Shown here piece after piece: positions 1 to 13,506 of a DNA stretch of 64,000 nt (position 1 is the stretch's first letter; each line of letters opens with the position of its first letter). The translations under genes and the position numbers were made by a program. The notes under the pieces are model-generated. The model searched no databases. It was given only the letters and a program-made list of their open reading frames with translations, and was not told the DNA's origin. Source of the stretch: Oikopleura dioica (taxonomy: Eukaryota; Animalia; Chordata); NCBI GenBank assembly GCA_907165135.1, contig OU015568.1, forward strand, positions 7,750,001-7,814,000. Reading direction: 5' to 3'.

Positions 1-138
1 AATCTGAGAATAAGTCTCAGAAACTTCGCCAGCGCGTCCTTTTCTTCAGGTGAACGGTCGGTTGATGTTTTTGCGTCATTTAACATTTCCAAGATTAAAA
101 GTCTGGATTCTTCAAATTGAGATTTTCCGGCATTCACT
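1..138 (-). CDS. Partial exon of an unknown gene running off the left edge
   Basis: After acceptor ttttatag the frame reads NAGKSQFEESRLLILEMLNDAKTSTDRSPEEKDALAKFLRLILR, open to base 1; no family recognised. Confidence 0.35.
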
Positions 139-1746
139 ATAAAAATCAAGGCGAGGAGAAAGGTGCGCATCAATATTTTAAATTTCAAATTATATATTTC
201 TCGTTTGAACTTCGTTCTTAGTTTTGCGGTATATATATAGAGTAACACTCGGATTTAAAGAAGCTCTTGGATTTGAACTGTTTCTTTGCCTGTAATTGAG
301 AAGCGCAACTGATTTCATTCTCTAATCAGGTTTAGAAATAGTTTCATGGCGCCTATCCTCAATTTTGAATTTTGAGAAGTCACCCTCCCCTTGATCAAAT
401 CTATCCAAGTACCAGTTCATCTTCTATGCATCTGCAATTCCAGCTCATTTCATTGTTGTGAGAAAACGGACCCCGCCCCGTGATAAGCTCGGCGGGGGAC
501 GATTCTTTCTGTACGCAGTGGAAAGTCGTTCCACGCTGTCCGTTGTAAAAGATCGGATGCGATCGGCGCTTTATCAGTTTTCTCTTCGGGGCTTATCAAC
601 GCGGCCCCTACGTAACAGAAACGAGATTACTAAAATTGCCAAATTAATTGGCGCTTTTCGACGAAAAATTATAAAACGCGATACTATCGTTGATGCCGAT
701 AAGCATTAACTTGAAAATTATTTCATTTCTTAAAAAAAAAGTCAACGTTAGTTCATCATCACTAGAATAATATGATTAATTCTCGAAGATATCAGAAATT
801 ATATGCGTAATTCAAAAACAGCCCATTCCTTTTCTGATATACTAGAATTCTTTTTATAGAATTTCAAGGGCTGTTGAGAGCTTTTTTCTATGAGTTATAG
901 AAAACAGAAGCAACTGGAGGGTAAGTTTCACGTTTAGCTGTCACGAGCTGCTTTGTCCTTCACAAGTACTCATTTGACAATTCTGTTCGTTCCTCTTTTT
1001 CTACCTGCCGTTCTTGACGCTAAGCATCCGCCATTTCACATTTTTTCGTCCCCAAGCTGTCTCGTTTACCTCCTTCAATCACGATTTCTTTTCGCCTTTT
1101 CATTTTAAAATTTTGGATGTTTTTTTCAGGAAAAAGTTAGAACGTTTTCTGTGGTTTATTCTTTGGGCTCGCCTTCGATAACGCCTCTCGCCCCCGGATT
1201 CCTGGTCTTCCGGATCGGATGCATGCCAGAATAACATGCTCTTTCATTACTGCAACGCATAAAAAACATACTAAGGAGTTACAAAATTTTTATAAAGAAA
1301 ACTAAAGTTCACGAGAGCCCACTCGAAGCTGATGAATTGCAAGGGTCCATGCTGGCAAATTCAAATTACTCAACAAGTCATGCTAGTTGTCCGCAGAAAC
1401 AGAGTGTGCACCTCTGTCAAATTCCAGGATCCAAACGAAACGTTCAGCGAAAAAATCAGACGTGTAGCAACTTCATCTTCACTTGGGATTCGAGCTGTAA
1501 TTAGATAAACTCGCAGTTAGATGTTTACAAATCGCAGGACTTATTTTTACATGAGTACAGTTGACCTTTTAGTGAAGTCTTGCTGAGCTTCAATCTTCGT
1601 CAAAAAGTCTCTAGATGAAATTTGTTAATCACTATCGAATCTTTCGAGAACAATTTTAACAAAACAACGCGACAAAGCTACAACCGTTCTTTACGTTTTT
1701 TGCAAAAAAAGAGAAATTGTTAGTGTCGATTGATTCTGTTTTCACG

Positions 1747-3760
1747 ATGGATGAAGAAGTGATCGACTTGCTCGAAGATTTTTCCGATCGAGAGTTCGAC
1801 GAAGAAGAGCAGGAAGACGAAGAGCCGGAACTTGATGAAGCTGATCTTCAGGAGATCGATGAAATGGACGAACCCGAACAAGAAGAGTATGAGCCAGAGC
1901 CATACGTTCCTCCAAAACCAGCGGGAAAGATACCACTCAGCTCAGCAGATCTTCTCGCTAGTCCTGAGAGACCAAAGAGAAAAATTCCGACGAATTCGGC
2001 GTCGGGGAATCGACAGGGAAAGATTCCTCTAAGTCAGAGTTCTGAAATTATTTATGCAACAGGAAAGTATAAAGTCACTTTACGTGTTATCGAACTCCTA
2101 CTAAAGCTCATCAGATCTACTTGCCAGTCCAGAGAAAGCTCCCCGCCGACCGGGGAACGCAACAGGTCCTCGAAAACAAGGGAAGATTCTCAGCTCCGCT
2201 GATCTACTGGCCAGTCCCGAAAGACCTAAGAAGCGGACAATCTCGCAGAAACCAGTGAAAAAACCTGATGATCATCTGGCAAAACAGATTTTCGAAGTCG
2301 AAAAGAAAGAACCTCCTCGAAAAAAGATCCTTCTCAACTCTGATGATCTCCTTGCAAGCCCAGAAAAGCCGAAAAAAGTTGCCAGAAGAACCGTCCTACC
2401 ACCAGGCACGAGTCCAGCTCAAAAGAAAAAGATTTTGACCTCTGCGCAGCTTCTGGAAAGCCCGGAAAAGGTGCAAAAGCGAATGCCTCCACCGCCTCCC
2501 GGAAGCCAAAAGAAAAAGATCTTGAACTCAGCAGAGTTGATGGCGAGCCCGGAGAAGGTTCAAAAGCGGCCTGGTCCTCCACCGCCTGGAAGCAAGAAGA
2601 GAAAAATCTTGAGCTCAGAAGATCTTCTCGCAAGTCCAGAGAAACCAACCGGTTCGGTCCTTCGTGGAACAGGGCAGTCTGCAAATCAGCAGGTTAAGAT
2701 GATTCAAAGGAAGAAAATGGACATCAACTTATCCTTCAAAGAACTGACGGAAAGAAATAAGGTTGTGGAAAAGCCCGCCTCTCCTGAAGAGGAGGAGGAA
2801 GAAGATGAACGAATGCCGATTGAAGGTCTGGTTCAGAATATTTTCTAAAACTTATGCTTATAAAAAATAATTGAACCTGAAAAAGTCACTATTGCCAAGA
2901 GCAAGAAACCTGCCAAACCAGCCCAACCTGCTCAGCGGAAGATTCCGCTTACTTCTTCCCAACTTATTGACAGCCCGAAGAAGCCAATTCCTGTTTTGAA
3001 GAAAAAAGTGGCAAATCATAGCAAGAAGCTTTCATTCCCGGGCCCCGAAGAACAAATTGAAGTCGTCGATTCGGACGAAGAGCGCACTGAACAGAAGAAA
3101 CTGCCCATCGAAGGAATGATTCAATTCAGCAGAACTCATAAATCATTATTAGCGACATACCAATTGAATCAGAAAAAGTGACGATTCGAAATAAACCAGC
3201 AGCAGAAGACGATGGCCCTGACAGTGAGGATGAACTCTACGACGTCAAGGAGCGGGTGGAAAATCTCCAAGACGATCTCCAAGAAATGTGGGGTCTTTTG
3301 CAAAAGCTAACAGGACAGGATTTATAATTCAAATATTTATGGAACCGTCATGTTCATGTCAGGAAGTCCAAATTAATAATAATCCAAATTAATAATCATT
3401 AACACGTCATTAACGAATGTTTACTATCCAATTAAACAGCCTTCGCACTCGATGTTACGCGAAAAACAACGGATCCAGATATTCGTAAACATGCCAAAAG
3501 GTGAGTTAACATATCTTACTCGATCTGTTCAACGCGTTTTTAGCATATTCAAGGAAGCGGCAATGTTTGAAAATGTCTGTCCAAGAGCGTCATGGGAGAA
3601 AATGAAGCGCTCCGTGGAAGATCCGGTGCCGTTTTTCGGAACCAACGTCGACAAGTGTTGCCAAACCGGAGAGGAGCCGCGAAAGAAAACAAGCAGCAAG
3701 CTCAACAATCGCAAGGTCAAGAACCAGGACTTTCTCTCTCTCATGTACCCTGTCGATTAA
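1747..3760 (+). CDS. Unknown disordered protein: acidic N-terminus, about 8 K-I-x-L-x-S-x-x-L-L-x-S-P-E-K/R repeats, C-terminal coiled-coil/helical part
   Basis: Joins ORFs 1717-2202, 2255-2848, 2996-3181 and 3452-3760; in-frame joins through introns 3114-3172 and 3314-3439 (both AG|GA..AG) and a GT-AG intron near 3502. Confidence 0.6.
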
Positions 3761-4700
3761 AGTTGTTCTAGTGCCATCCTTGCGAAGAGAATAAAATAAA
3801 TCAGTTAAAAAAAGTTACTGACGATAATTCATTACTCAAGAATTGACGTTGAACAAGTGCTTTTTTCACGCGAAAATGCATGTAAAGGCGCATTTTTGGC
3901 GTTATTTCTCGCCAATTTACGAATACATTTGACCGTGCTACCATCATGGTATGCGTTCACATTAAAGAATGCGACTAGATCACCTTGCCGGATAAGGGTT
4001 GAGCAAAATCTGTGGCTAGAAATGAGAGAAGGACAATCTGCGGTGGAGCAATTTTCTTACAATGCCTCGCTATGCGCTCAATTTTGCAAATCTGGCGAGT
4101 CGGCTCCTTTTTTCACCGCCTTTGAGGATTTCATGAACTCTTAATTTCTCAGAATTTCCGGAGATATTAGTGAGCTAGGATTTCTGAGGGTCTAAGCACT
4201 TTTTGGTGATTCAATTCATGCTATTTTTCAACCACTTTTTCGACCGGAAAGTATATAAATATCGGGCTATCCAGCTCTTGAACTCTGCGTAGTAACGAAA
4301 CGAAAAAGATTCATGGTATTTTCGGAAGTGCGTTGGATGGAAAAAACGATTTGGAGAGTTTTTGGAAATGCGCTTAGCATTTTTTACAAGCTTTGCATGC
4401 ATACGCTTTCGAATTTTATTTGAGCCTCATGAAGGTGGGTTGGATTCAACAAGGTTAACGCTTCTTGGAGGGCTCTACTTTGTAGCACTAATCTACTGGA
4501 CACGTGAACATCAGCTGATCTTTCTTATAGCAAGAAAACGTGAAATAGGTATTGTTTAGCAGTTGAAAATTTGTGGCTGCGTTGCGCAAACATTCATTTT
4601 CATTGTTTGACTTTGAGTTTGAGTAATACTCTCAGACTCCACTCCATGGCGGATTTTCTTTTGTCAGATAAAACTGAGACCCTCCAAACCAGCTTAGTTT

Positions 4701-7316
4701 ATGTTGACCGGCGCAGAAATTGAGATACTAGAGGAGAGCAATTTGGAAAAGGTTGAGTTCAAGTTTTACTTTTTCTTCCAAGAGAGTTTATCAAATTTTT
4801 CAGGTTAAACAATTGATCAACAGTAGAGGAGATGATCTGATTTTGGAAGATGAAAATACTCCAGGTAATATTTTATAATTTTCTTCGTTGATTTCAAAAA
4901 TTAATCTGGGCTTGACTCGAAACCTGAGTAGAAAACCTGACTCAGGGTCTTAGGTTAAGAATTCTGGTGAAGCCGCTTTGCGGCTTTGTTTCTTAAAAAG
5001 CCGCAACGCGGCTTTTCATTAGAAATATGCAAAACCTGACTCAGGTTTCCTACACAGGTTGCCAAGCCTAGATTTTCAAACTCAATTCTAGCTCATGTTG
5101 CTGCATACCTTGGCAATCTCGAGCTGCTCGAGTACCTCATCAAAGACCACTCGCACCTTATTAACAAACTCAACCGTTACGGATGGACGCCCTTAATGCA
5201 GGCCTGCCACCAAGGCCACTACGATTGTGTCCAACTTCTACTCGCTCACGGGGCGAATGTAAATGCCACAACGCCACTTGGCAATAATGCTCTTGGTAAA
5301 TAATTAAGATAAACGTTGAATACGGATAAAGGATCTTGTTAAATATACTTTGTTCAGCTGTGGCGACTGGTTCCGGATTTGAGAAGATAATCGAGACACT
5401 AATTGCGGCGGATGTATTCATTGACAGAGGTTCCGTTCTTTCTATGAATTCGCTTTATCTACTAAATTCTAGATGAACTTACTTCTTCTATCGTCAATCC
5501 GCTTCACCTTGCTGTTCTCCAGTCACGTGATGACATCGTCAAGGTCCTCCTGCGGCAAGGAATAAATGGCAACGTTCGGAACAAATTTACCCAATGGACT
5601 CCCTTGATGACCGCCGCGGTCTCTGGCGAAATTTGCACGGCTCGACTCCTTTTCAAGAACGAAATTGATGGAGAAAAGACAAATACTAATGGTCAAAACG
5701 CGGCATCTATCGCTAGAAAGTGCAAAAATTCCGAACTTGCGGGTTTCATCGATCGCAAAACTCTTCAAAATCTCTCCAACTCGCAGGAAATAAAAGAAAC
5801 AATAATATCCGCCGTCAAAAAAGGGGATGAGCTTGCAGTCAAAAAGCTCCTTCTCGATGATGCTTCTCTCGCAAACTCTCAATCTAAAGATGCTGCTACA
5901 CCTCTTATGTACGCTTCGATGTTTGGGTTTATCAATTTGGTGGAGATCTTGTTGGAAAATGGAGCGGATATCGATGCTAAAGATTATGAAAATGGATGGA
6001 CAGCACTTATGCAAGCGACATATTATGGACAGGCACAAATAGCCAAATACTTAATTTTGAGGTAATTTCCGGAAGTCATGTATTTTTACAAAAAGAAATA
6101 TAACTTTATCTAAAATTATATGGATAAATATTTACATTGCTTCAAAAAACAACCATTCACATGGAAAAAAAACCATTAAGTGGCGCGAATGTCAATCTCC
6201 GAGCTAAAAATGGGCTAACGGCATTTGACATGGCAATGCTGATCAACCTCAACGACACAGAACTGTTTCGAATGCTCGCTGATCGCTCTATCGAGATGGA
6301 TATGCAGCCCAAGAAATCAAGCTTCAACGATTTATCAACGGCTTCAAAAGGAACAACATCTCAATCAACAAACATCTTGTCCAAGATCACAAAGTCCTTC
6401 CGGACACTAGCGAAGCCGTCGAAAAACATGTCGACAGAAGACTTGTCCGCAACAATGATCCGAAAGAAGATATCGCCTAATAACTCTCAATCTCTTTCGC
6501 AACAGATTTTTTCACCTCTTCATCAAGGTCAGTACTGATAGCTCAAGGCCTTCAAGGTCATTTTATGAATCATAATTCAGTCCCCCTCAATCTTCGAAAA
6601 ACTGACGACCTCCCTGAACTTGGGCCTCCAAAAACCTCTCTTCGTCGCAACATCCCTCCAGCATCACCAAAAACAAATACAGATTCTAGCGCTCCATCAA
6701 CTCAAAAATCAACAACTCGTAAATCAGGTTCTAAATATTTTTTTTCTTTAGAAAAAAATTTGAATTTCAAGTCGTGAATTCAAAGCTGCTTTTTGATTCA
6801 ACAAGCTCAAAAAGTAATTCCTCAAATGGTAGTGCCAGTAAGAATCTGCTTGATTACCAGCGCTACGCTAATAGTCCCGGGTTTTCATTCGAACAAGCTT
6901 AAAACTAGAACGCTATGAAGAAAATCCTAGAGTAGTCGGAGAAATACAATAGACAAGTATTATTCCAGACCTTCCAAATCAAGCTCCTACAGTTCAGCCT
7001 CTGCCAGCTCTAAGACGTCATCAACTTTAACTCCTACTCTTCATGATCTCAACCTCGACGACGTAAGTCTCCTCCCTTCTCTTCCTATCTAATCAAAATT
7101 TAGGACGTCCGGAGCGTCCTGGACGAATTATCGATGACCAAAAAATATCAAAAAATCTTCGCCGAGCAAGAAATCGACATTGAAGTGTTCAAAAACCTCA
7201 ATCAAAGTGACCTCGAAGAGCTCGGAATTACTCAACCTAAGATTCGCCAAAAACTCATGCTTGCAATTAACGATGTAAAAGTTCAGAGAGGATATAAGAG
7301 TATTTTTTCAAAATAA
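4701..7316 (+). CDS. ANKS6: Ankyrin repeat and SAM domain protein 6
   Basis: Multi-exon ankyrin repeats; GWTALMQATYYG..YL..GANVNLRAKNGLTAFDMAML..DTELFRMLA matches the last ANKS6 repeats; C-terminal SAM (IFAEQEIDIEVFKNLNQSDLEELGITQPKIRQKL). Confidence 0.85.
4906..5070. mobile_element. MITE of the CCTGACTCAGG / AAGCCGC-hairpin family, in an ANKS6 intron
   Basis: Inverted ends with cctg(a/t)gtagaaaacctgactcagg and internal AAGCCGC-n3-GCGGCTT hairpins. Confidence 0.75.
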
Positions 7317-7511
7317 AAATAAAATCCTGCAATTTATTCCTGTAATTTTGACATCAAAATGGGGTTCAAAAGAAAAGAAAAGGCAATAAAACATAAAGAA
7401 CAGTTAGTCTACATGTAGTCCGGTGTGAATCAAGATGCTGGAGAAAATCTACTGAACAAATTATGAAATCAACAAGGAGATCTCACCCTCTCTCACCTTA
7501 GTAGCGAAAAC

Positions 7512-8095
7512 CTAGTTGAGTTGACCGCAGTCGGAGATGATGACTTTCTGCTTAGTAGTTCCACTTGAGCTTCCGACACGCTCGATGTTCTTGACGACAT
7601 CCATTCCATCAACAACGCTGCCGAACACCACGTGTTTGCCATCAAGCCAGTCGGTCTTCACGGTGCACAAGAAGAACTTAAATTTTTAAAGAACTACCAA
7701 CTAACAGTGGTGGTACCTGTGAGCCATTTGTATGCTTGCCGCAGTTAGCCATGGACAAAACTCCAGGACCAGTATGCTTCAAGTTGAAATTCTCATCCTC
7801 AAACTTGTTTCCATAAATCGACTTGCCTCCTGTGCCGTTATGGTTCGTAAAGTCGCCGCCCTGGGTTCAAATTGGAAGAGTTTTCAGAGCATCGTAAATG
7901 TCAAACCTGGCACATAAATTGAGGAATAACCCGGTGAAAGCTAGAGCCCTTGTATCCAAAGCCCCTCTCTCCAGTGCAGAGAACGCGGAAGTTTTCAGCT
8001 GTTCTTGGAACCACATCCGATCGGAGCTCCATGACGATTCGGCCAGCTCTTTGGTTGCCGATCATCATGTCGAAATACACTCGCGGAAGCGACAT
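7512..8095 (-). CDS. PPIA: Cyclophilin A-type peptidyl-prolyl isomerase, 3 exons
   Basis: [49 protein letters not shown]|[19 protein letters not shown]|[15 protein letters not shown]. Confidence 0.95.
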
Positions 8096-8612
8096 TTCTC
8101 GGTTTCTAAAAAATCACACTGAAAGTCAACTGGTAATTTTTCTCTGAGTCGATGGTAGAAAAGCGTGCCGACTGACTGTGAGCTGATTGTGAGAAAAATC
8201 GATACGGAGATAGAAATAAATCGAAGGCAAGTTCAGCACTTCCCACGTATTCTCGACTATTGGGTAGACTCAGCGCCGTTTCATGGCAGGAAGTAGCTCA
8301 GCAATCATGGATGAGGAATGAATAAAGATTATTAATTTGCATGGCATTGATCGATTATTCGAAATTCTGGCTTTCCGTTATGTTTTCCAATTATATTTTG
8401 GCGCATTTTCGAGACCCATTTGTTTATTGTTGGATCTACTCCAGCAGATCAAATAAACCAAGAATTTGATTTTTAGAGAAATTCAAGTTGTCCCAATTTT
8501 CCAAATTCAAGAGTAAGCGTCGTATTAACGAGCAAGTTTATGACCACGTCGATTACCACCAGATTTGAATTATTTTTCATTTACTATTTCGATTTAGAAT
8601 AGAGGCACGACA

Positions 8613-9583
<971 letters not shown>

Positions 9584-9699
9584 AGTAGTTTTTTTTAATA
9601 AAGATATTAATTTCTGATTACTCGTGTGGCAGTAGTAAAGCCATCATTTATTTCATTTCCAGTTCAAAAAATATATCTACAGTGGCTTAAATCTGGCAG

Positions 9700-11814
9700 T
9701 TATGTTTCTTCGTCTTCAAAAACGAGATCGCGTTCTTTCACATGAAAAATTTCTCTGTCTTGAGTCAAGCACGCGTGATTGAAGTCGGGTGGTAACTGGA
9801 CTGGCTCCAAGGGCGTCGAGGCGACGATTTCGTAAGATGCGTCCGAATCGTAGTCGGTTTCGTAGTCTTCGTTGTCTTCAGCCTCTTGACCAGCTGAAAT
9901 AATAAATAACCTTCTGATCAACTTTCTACAGTATTTGCTTACCCAGAGCGCAGTTCGCATGGTCTTCACAAATATTTTCTCGAGCAATTCGGTTTCCTTA
10001 ATAATTATTTAGTTTTTTTAAATAGGTTTTCTATTAATTTACCTTCGGTAGTATCGTCCATGATCTCAAGATAATCGTTCTCTGGAAAATTTGTCGCTTC
10101 TGTTTCTTTTTCTTTAATGTGGAAATTCAATACTGAAAGAAGACAAAAGTTTGAAACTAATTTCCACCGTTCCTTGGGTAGAGTCGACTTCCGGTTTCTG
10201 CGCGACAATTCGAGAGGTGCTCGGCTTCTCCATCTGCTCAGTCTTGATTGACATTGGTCGCCTTCTCCACCAGTTGTCGATCTGCGAACGGGTAAGATTT
10301 AATTCGAGGGAGATCTTATTCATGGTCTCTTCCGATGGCTTCTCGGCACTCTTTTCGTATTCTTCTTGCAGTCGGTTTCGTTGGGCATCGCTGAATTTTC
10401 TAGGATCTTTCAATTCTGCCGCAGGGTTGATTTTCCTTTCTTTCTCTCTTCGCCTGTTGAACCATCCACGGATCAGAGCACAGTTCTTCCCAAGTCTCTT
10501 CCGGAAATCGTCAAAATCATCCTTCGAGGGATACGCATTTTTGCGAAGGCCTCTTCCAAAAAATTTACTTCGTCCTCACTGAACACTTGAGCAGAGTTTT
10601 TCTTCTTGGACTCTTTCAACTCTGCCTGAATTATCTTCTTAGCCTTCTGCCTTCTGTTATTGAACCATTTACTGATTTGAGCCTGAGTTCTGCCAAGCGT
10701 TTTTGCATAGTTTTCCTGGTCTTCTTTCGATGGATAAGTTTCACTTGCATAAGCTTGTTCCAAAACTCTCTATCTTCCTCCGTGAACTCACTTCGACGTC
10801 CTTTTTATAAGTTCTCAACTCCGAGAAATTTTTAAACTCTGGATTCGTTTTCTTTTCCTTGTGTCTCCTGTTACAGAACCATGCAACGATCTGCGTAGCT
10901 GTTTGGCTGAGCGTTTTTCTGAAATCTTCGACATCCTCGCTTGACGGATACGCGTTCTTCTCGAAAGCTCTTTCCATAAAGTCGACATCTTGTTTACTGA
11001 ACACATATCCTTCGCCTGTCTTTCTGCCGCGCTAAAAATATGAAGTCAGTAAATTTTTCTCTAGTAAAAGAGGGGGTCACAATTATAATTATTACACAAT
11101 TATTATTATAGTGATAATATCATTTTCCAATCAGAAGACTCACAATTAGCTAATTTACCTTTCTCTCCGCAAGCAACGGTTCTTCCTTGATTCCTTCGAC
11201 TCCCAAGCCGACACGCTCTTCGTGACCCTCAATCGTACCTTCAACCGAATTTTCCGGGTGCGCGTCATTAGCTACGGTTTGGGGTTTGCGTCAGTAGTTA
11301 CGGTTGCGTCAATAGCTACGGTGCGTCAATAGCTACGGTTAAAAATGAGTCATAGGGACCATAGAAATTGACACACAGTTTAGGGTGGGCATCAACCTAG
11401 GTCGGGTTTGCCGGTTATTTAGAAAACCAGAAGAATTTGAAGCTATCTAGGTCGGTCAGAACGAGAGTGTGGTCGCTTTACGCTTCCAAAAAAGTAATAG
11501 GTAATATTGTGCACAATGTTTATTGAATAAACGCTAAAAATGGTATTTTTTCATATTGGTATCACTTTTGTAAGCGAAAAGCGACCACACTCTCGTTCCG
11601 ACCGACCTAGATAGCTTCAAATTCTTCTGGTTTTCTAAATAACCGGCAAACCCGACCTAGCTTGATGCCCACCCTAAACTGTGTGTCAATTTCTATGGTC
11701 TCTATGACTCATTTTTAACCGTAGCTATTGACGCACCGTAGCTATTGACGCAACCGTAACTACTGACGCAAACCCCCAAAACCGTAGCTATTGACGCGCA
11801 CCCGAATTTTCCAT
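9700..11814 (-). CDS. Divergent protein with four tandem homeodomains; exon 1 is interrupted by a transposon and the assembly shows three 1-nt frameshifts (gene or pseudogene)
   Basis: Helix-3 motifs WFCNRR, WFNNRR, WFNRRR and WWRRR, each preceded by F-S/T-x-x-D/Q..L/M-E..YPS/KPS; ATG at 11812-11814 directly after acceptor tttttttag. Confidence 0.75.
11256..11803. mobile_element. Foldback/MULE-like non-autonomous element, 548 bp
   Basis: TIRs of roughly 230 bp starting GGGTGCGCGTCA; exact 9-bp TSD GAATTTTCC at 11247-11255 and 11804-11812. Confidence 0.92.
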
Positions 11815-12525
11815 CTAAAAAAATTGCATCAGCTTTGAAAAATGAATCTCCTAAAATCTCTATTCGTTTCTTCTTGCGCAATTTTGAGTGATTTCCGCTT
11901 CTCTCTAACTGATTGAAAATCTAGAAAACAGATGAAAAAGAAATGATTTTTCTCGTTGATTTCCATTTGCCGAAGAGAAATACTGATGAGTCATGATTAG
12001 GCTTCTTTTTGACCCATGACTCATGACCAGACCAATCTCGAAGTTATTATGAAAGCAATTTGACAAGACAGAAACGTTGTAATTGAAGTCGTTGTAATTG
12101 TCGTGGCTAGCTGAAAGACATGAGCACTATTTGCAAAAAAGCTTTGGCCGTAATTCGCAGCGGAAGTCACCCTCTGCTCGAAACACGACATGAGCGAATT
12201 TTAATCCAGGAAATCGCGCTAATCCGCAAAATACGGAAAATTTGTATTTATCAGGGTCACACGGTACTTCTACAGGATGTTTAGACACGTTCTTTCATGT
12301 TAAAGTTCAGTTTTCCGATTTCGTAAAGCTCCAAATTCAATTTTGGAATAGCCTCAAGGACCAAATCTGGCGCTGCTCTTACTGTAAAGAGAGAGGCAAA
12401 CTGTCAGGAGCCTATTCGTGGCGCCAAGCGGCGGACAAGTCTTGTTAAGTTGTTTCCGTTTGTGACACCAAATCGAAAATAAATTTCCAAAGTGTCAAGT
12501 TCCTAAATAACAGACAACTTAAATC

Positions 12526-13182
12526 GGCTACACGACGTTTTGACTAAACCGACGTTCTCGCTAACCGACGTTTTCGCTAAACCGACGTTCTCACTAAAAG
12601 TCAAAACGTCGGTTTGGTCAAAACGTCGGTTTAGTCAAAACGTCGGTTTTCCTTAAAAATGCGGGGGAAATCAGAGCGAATGAGAATAGGCTCTTCCTGG
12701 ATTAAAAATTCTGTCTAAAGCCCGCCGTCTTACTCAAACCGAAATTTCTCTTAAAGTGTTAACTTGGAAAAACAAAATATATATATTTTTTAATTTATTA
12801 TTTTAAAATTATTATTTGAATAACAAAATCAATAATTTTAAAAAATATTAAGTCTGCATAATTTTCTGATCTTTTTATATTTTATCGGTCTTGAGATCAT
12901 TTTTAAAAGATTTATTTTAGTCATATTAGTTAATTTAATGAAGATATTCATTATTCTTATACTTTTACTCTTCACAAAGATCTTTCGAAAGATAATGAAA
13001 ACGTCGGTTTCCAAACTGAGTCTTAACCAAATTCAAGCCGCCCACGCATCTTTAAGGAAAACCGACGTTTTGACTAAACCGACGTTTTGACCAAACCGAC
13101 GTTTTGACTTTTGGTGAGAACGTCGGTTTAGCGAAAACGTCGGTTAGCGAGAACGTCGGTTTAGTCAAAACGTCGTGTAGCC
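12526..13182. mobile_element. Foldback/MULE-like MITE, 657 bp
   Basis: TIRs of about 135 bp starting GGCTACACGACG, built from ACCGACGTTTT units; AT-rich core; 9-bp TSD ACTTAAATC at 12517-12525 and 13183-13191. Confidence 0.92.
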
Positions 13183-13506
13183 ACTTAAATCGCCGCCGAT
13201 ACATAATTTCAATTCAAGCGAGACACATCAAAGAGCTTGATTCTGTCGCTCATACCTCGCTGCTATCTCTACCTCCACAAATACAGATACCGCATTTTCA
13301 CTATCAAAACTTTATGGAAAGACAAACGGAACTATTCAGCTCTTTATATTTATTTTAACTATTCACAAGGAAAATAAAGCATAAAGAAAAAGCAGCGTTG
13401 GGTAATTTTTTCATACAGTAGAAAGCGCATTACTGAGTATCAATCCCTTAATTTACTCTTCGTTTGATTATCATCTTCAAATTTTCATTTTTTTTTTCAT
13501 ATTCAA

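Noticed and set aside
900-1620. Possible minus-strand gene fragments (e.g. ARIPSEDEVATRLIFSL)
   Set aside because: Could not be joined into a continuous frame with credible splice sites
10538-10806. Programmed ribosomal frameshifting in the homeobox gene
   Set aside because: Three 1-nt losses in homopolymers, matched by one in MIB1; assembly error is more parsimonious
12540-13180. Regular short repeats as a CRISPR array (also 26880-27575 and 11260-11340)
   Set aside because: No unique spacers, inverted arrangement, flanking TSDs and a eukaryotic context: these are transposon TIR arrays
13104-13358. ORFs translating MITE repeats (ENVGLVKTS; ENVGMLKTS at 27462)
   Set aside because: By-products of TIR repeat units
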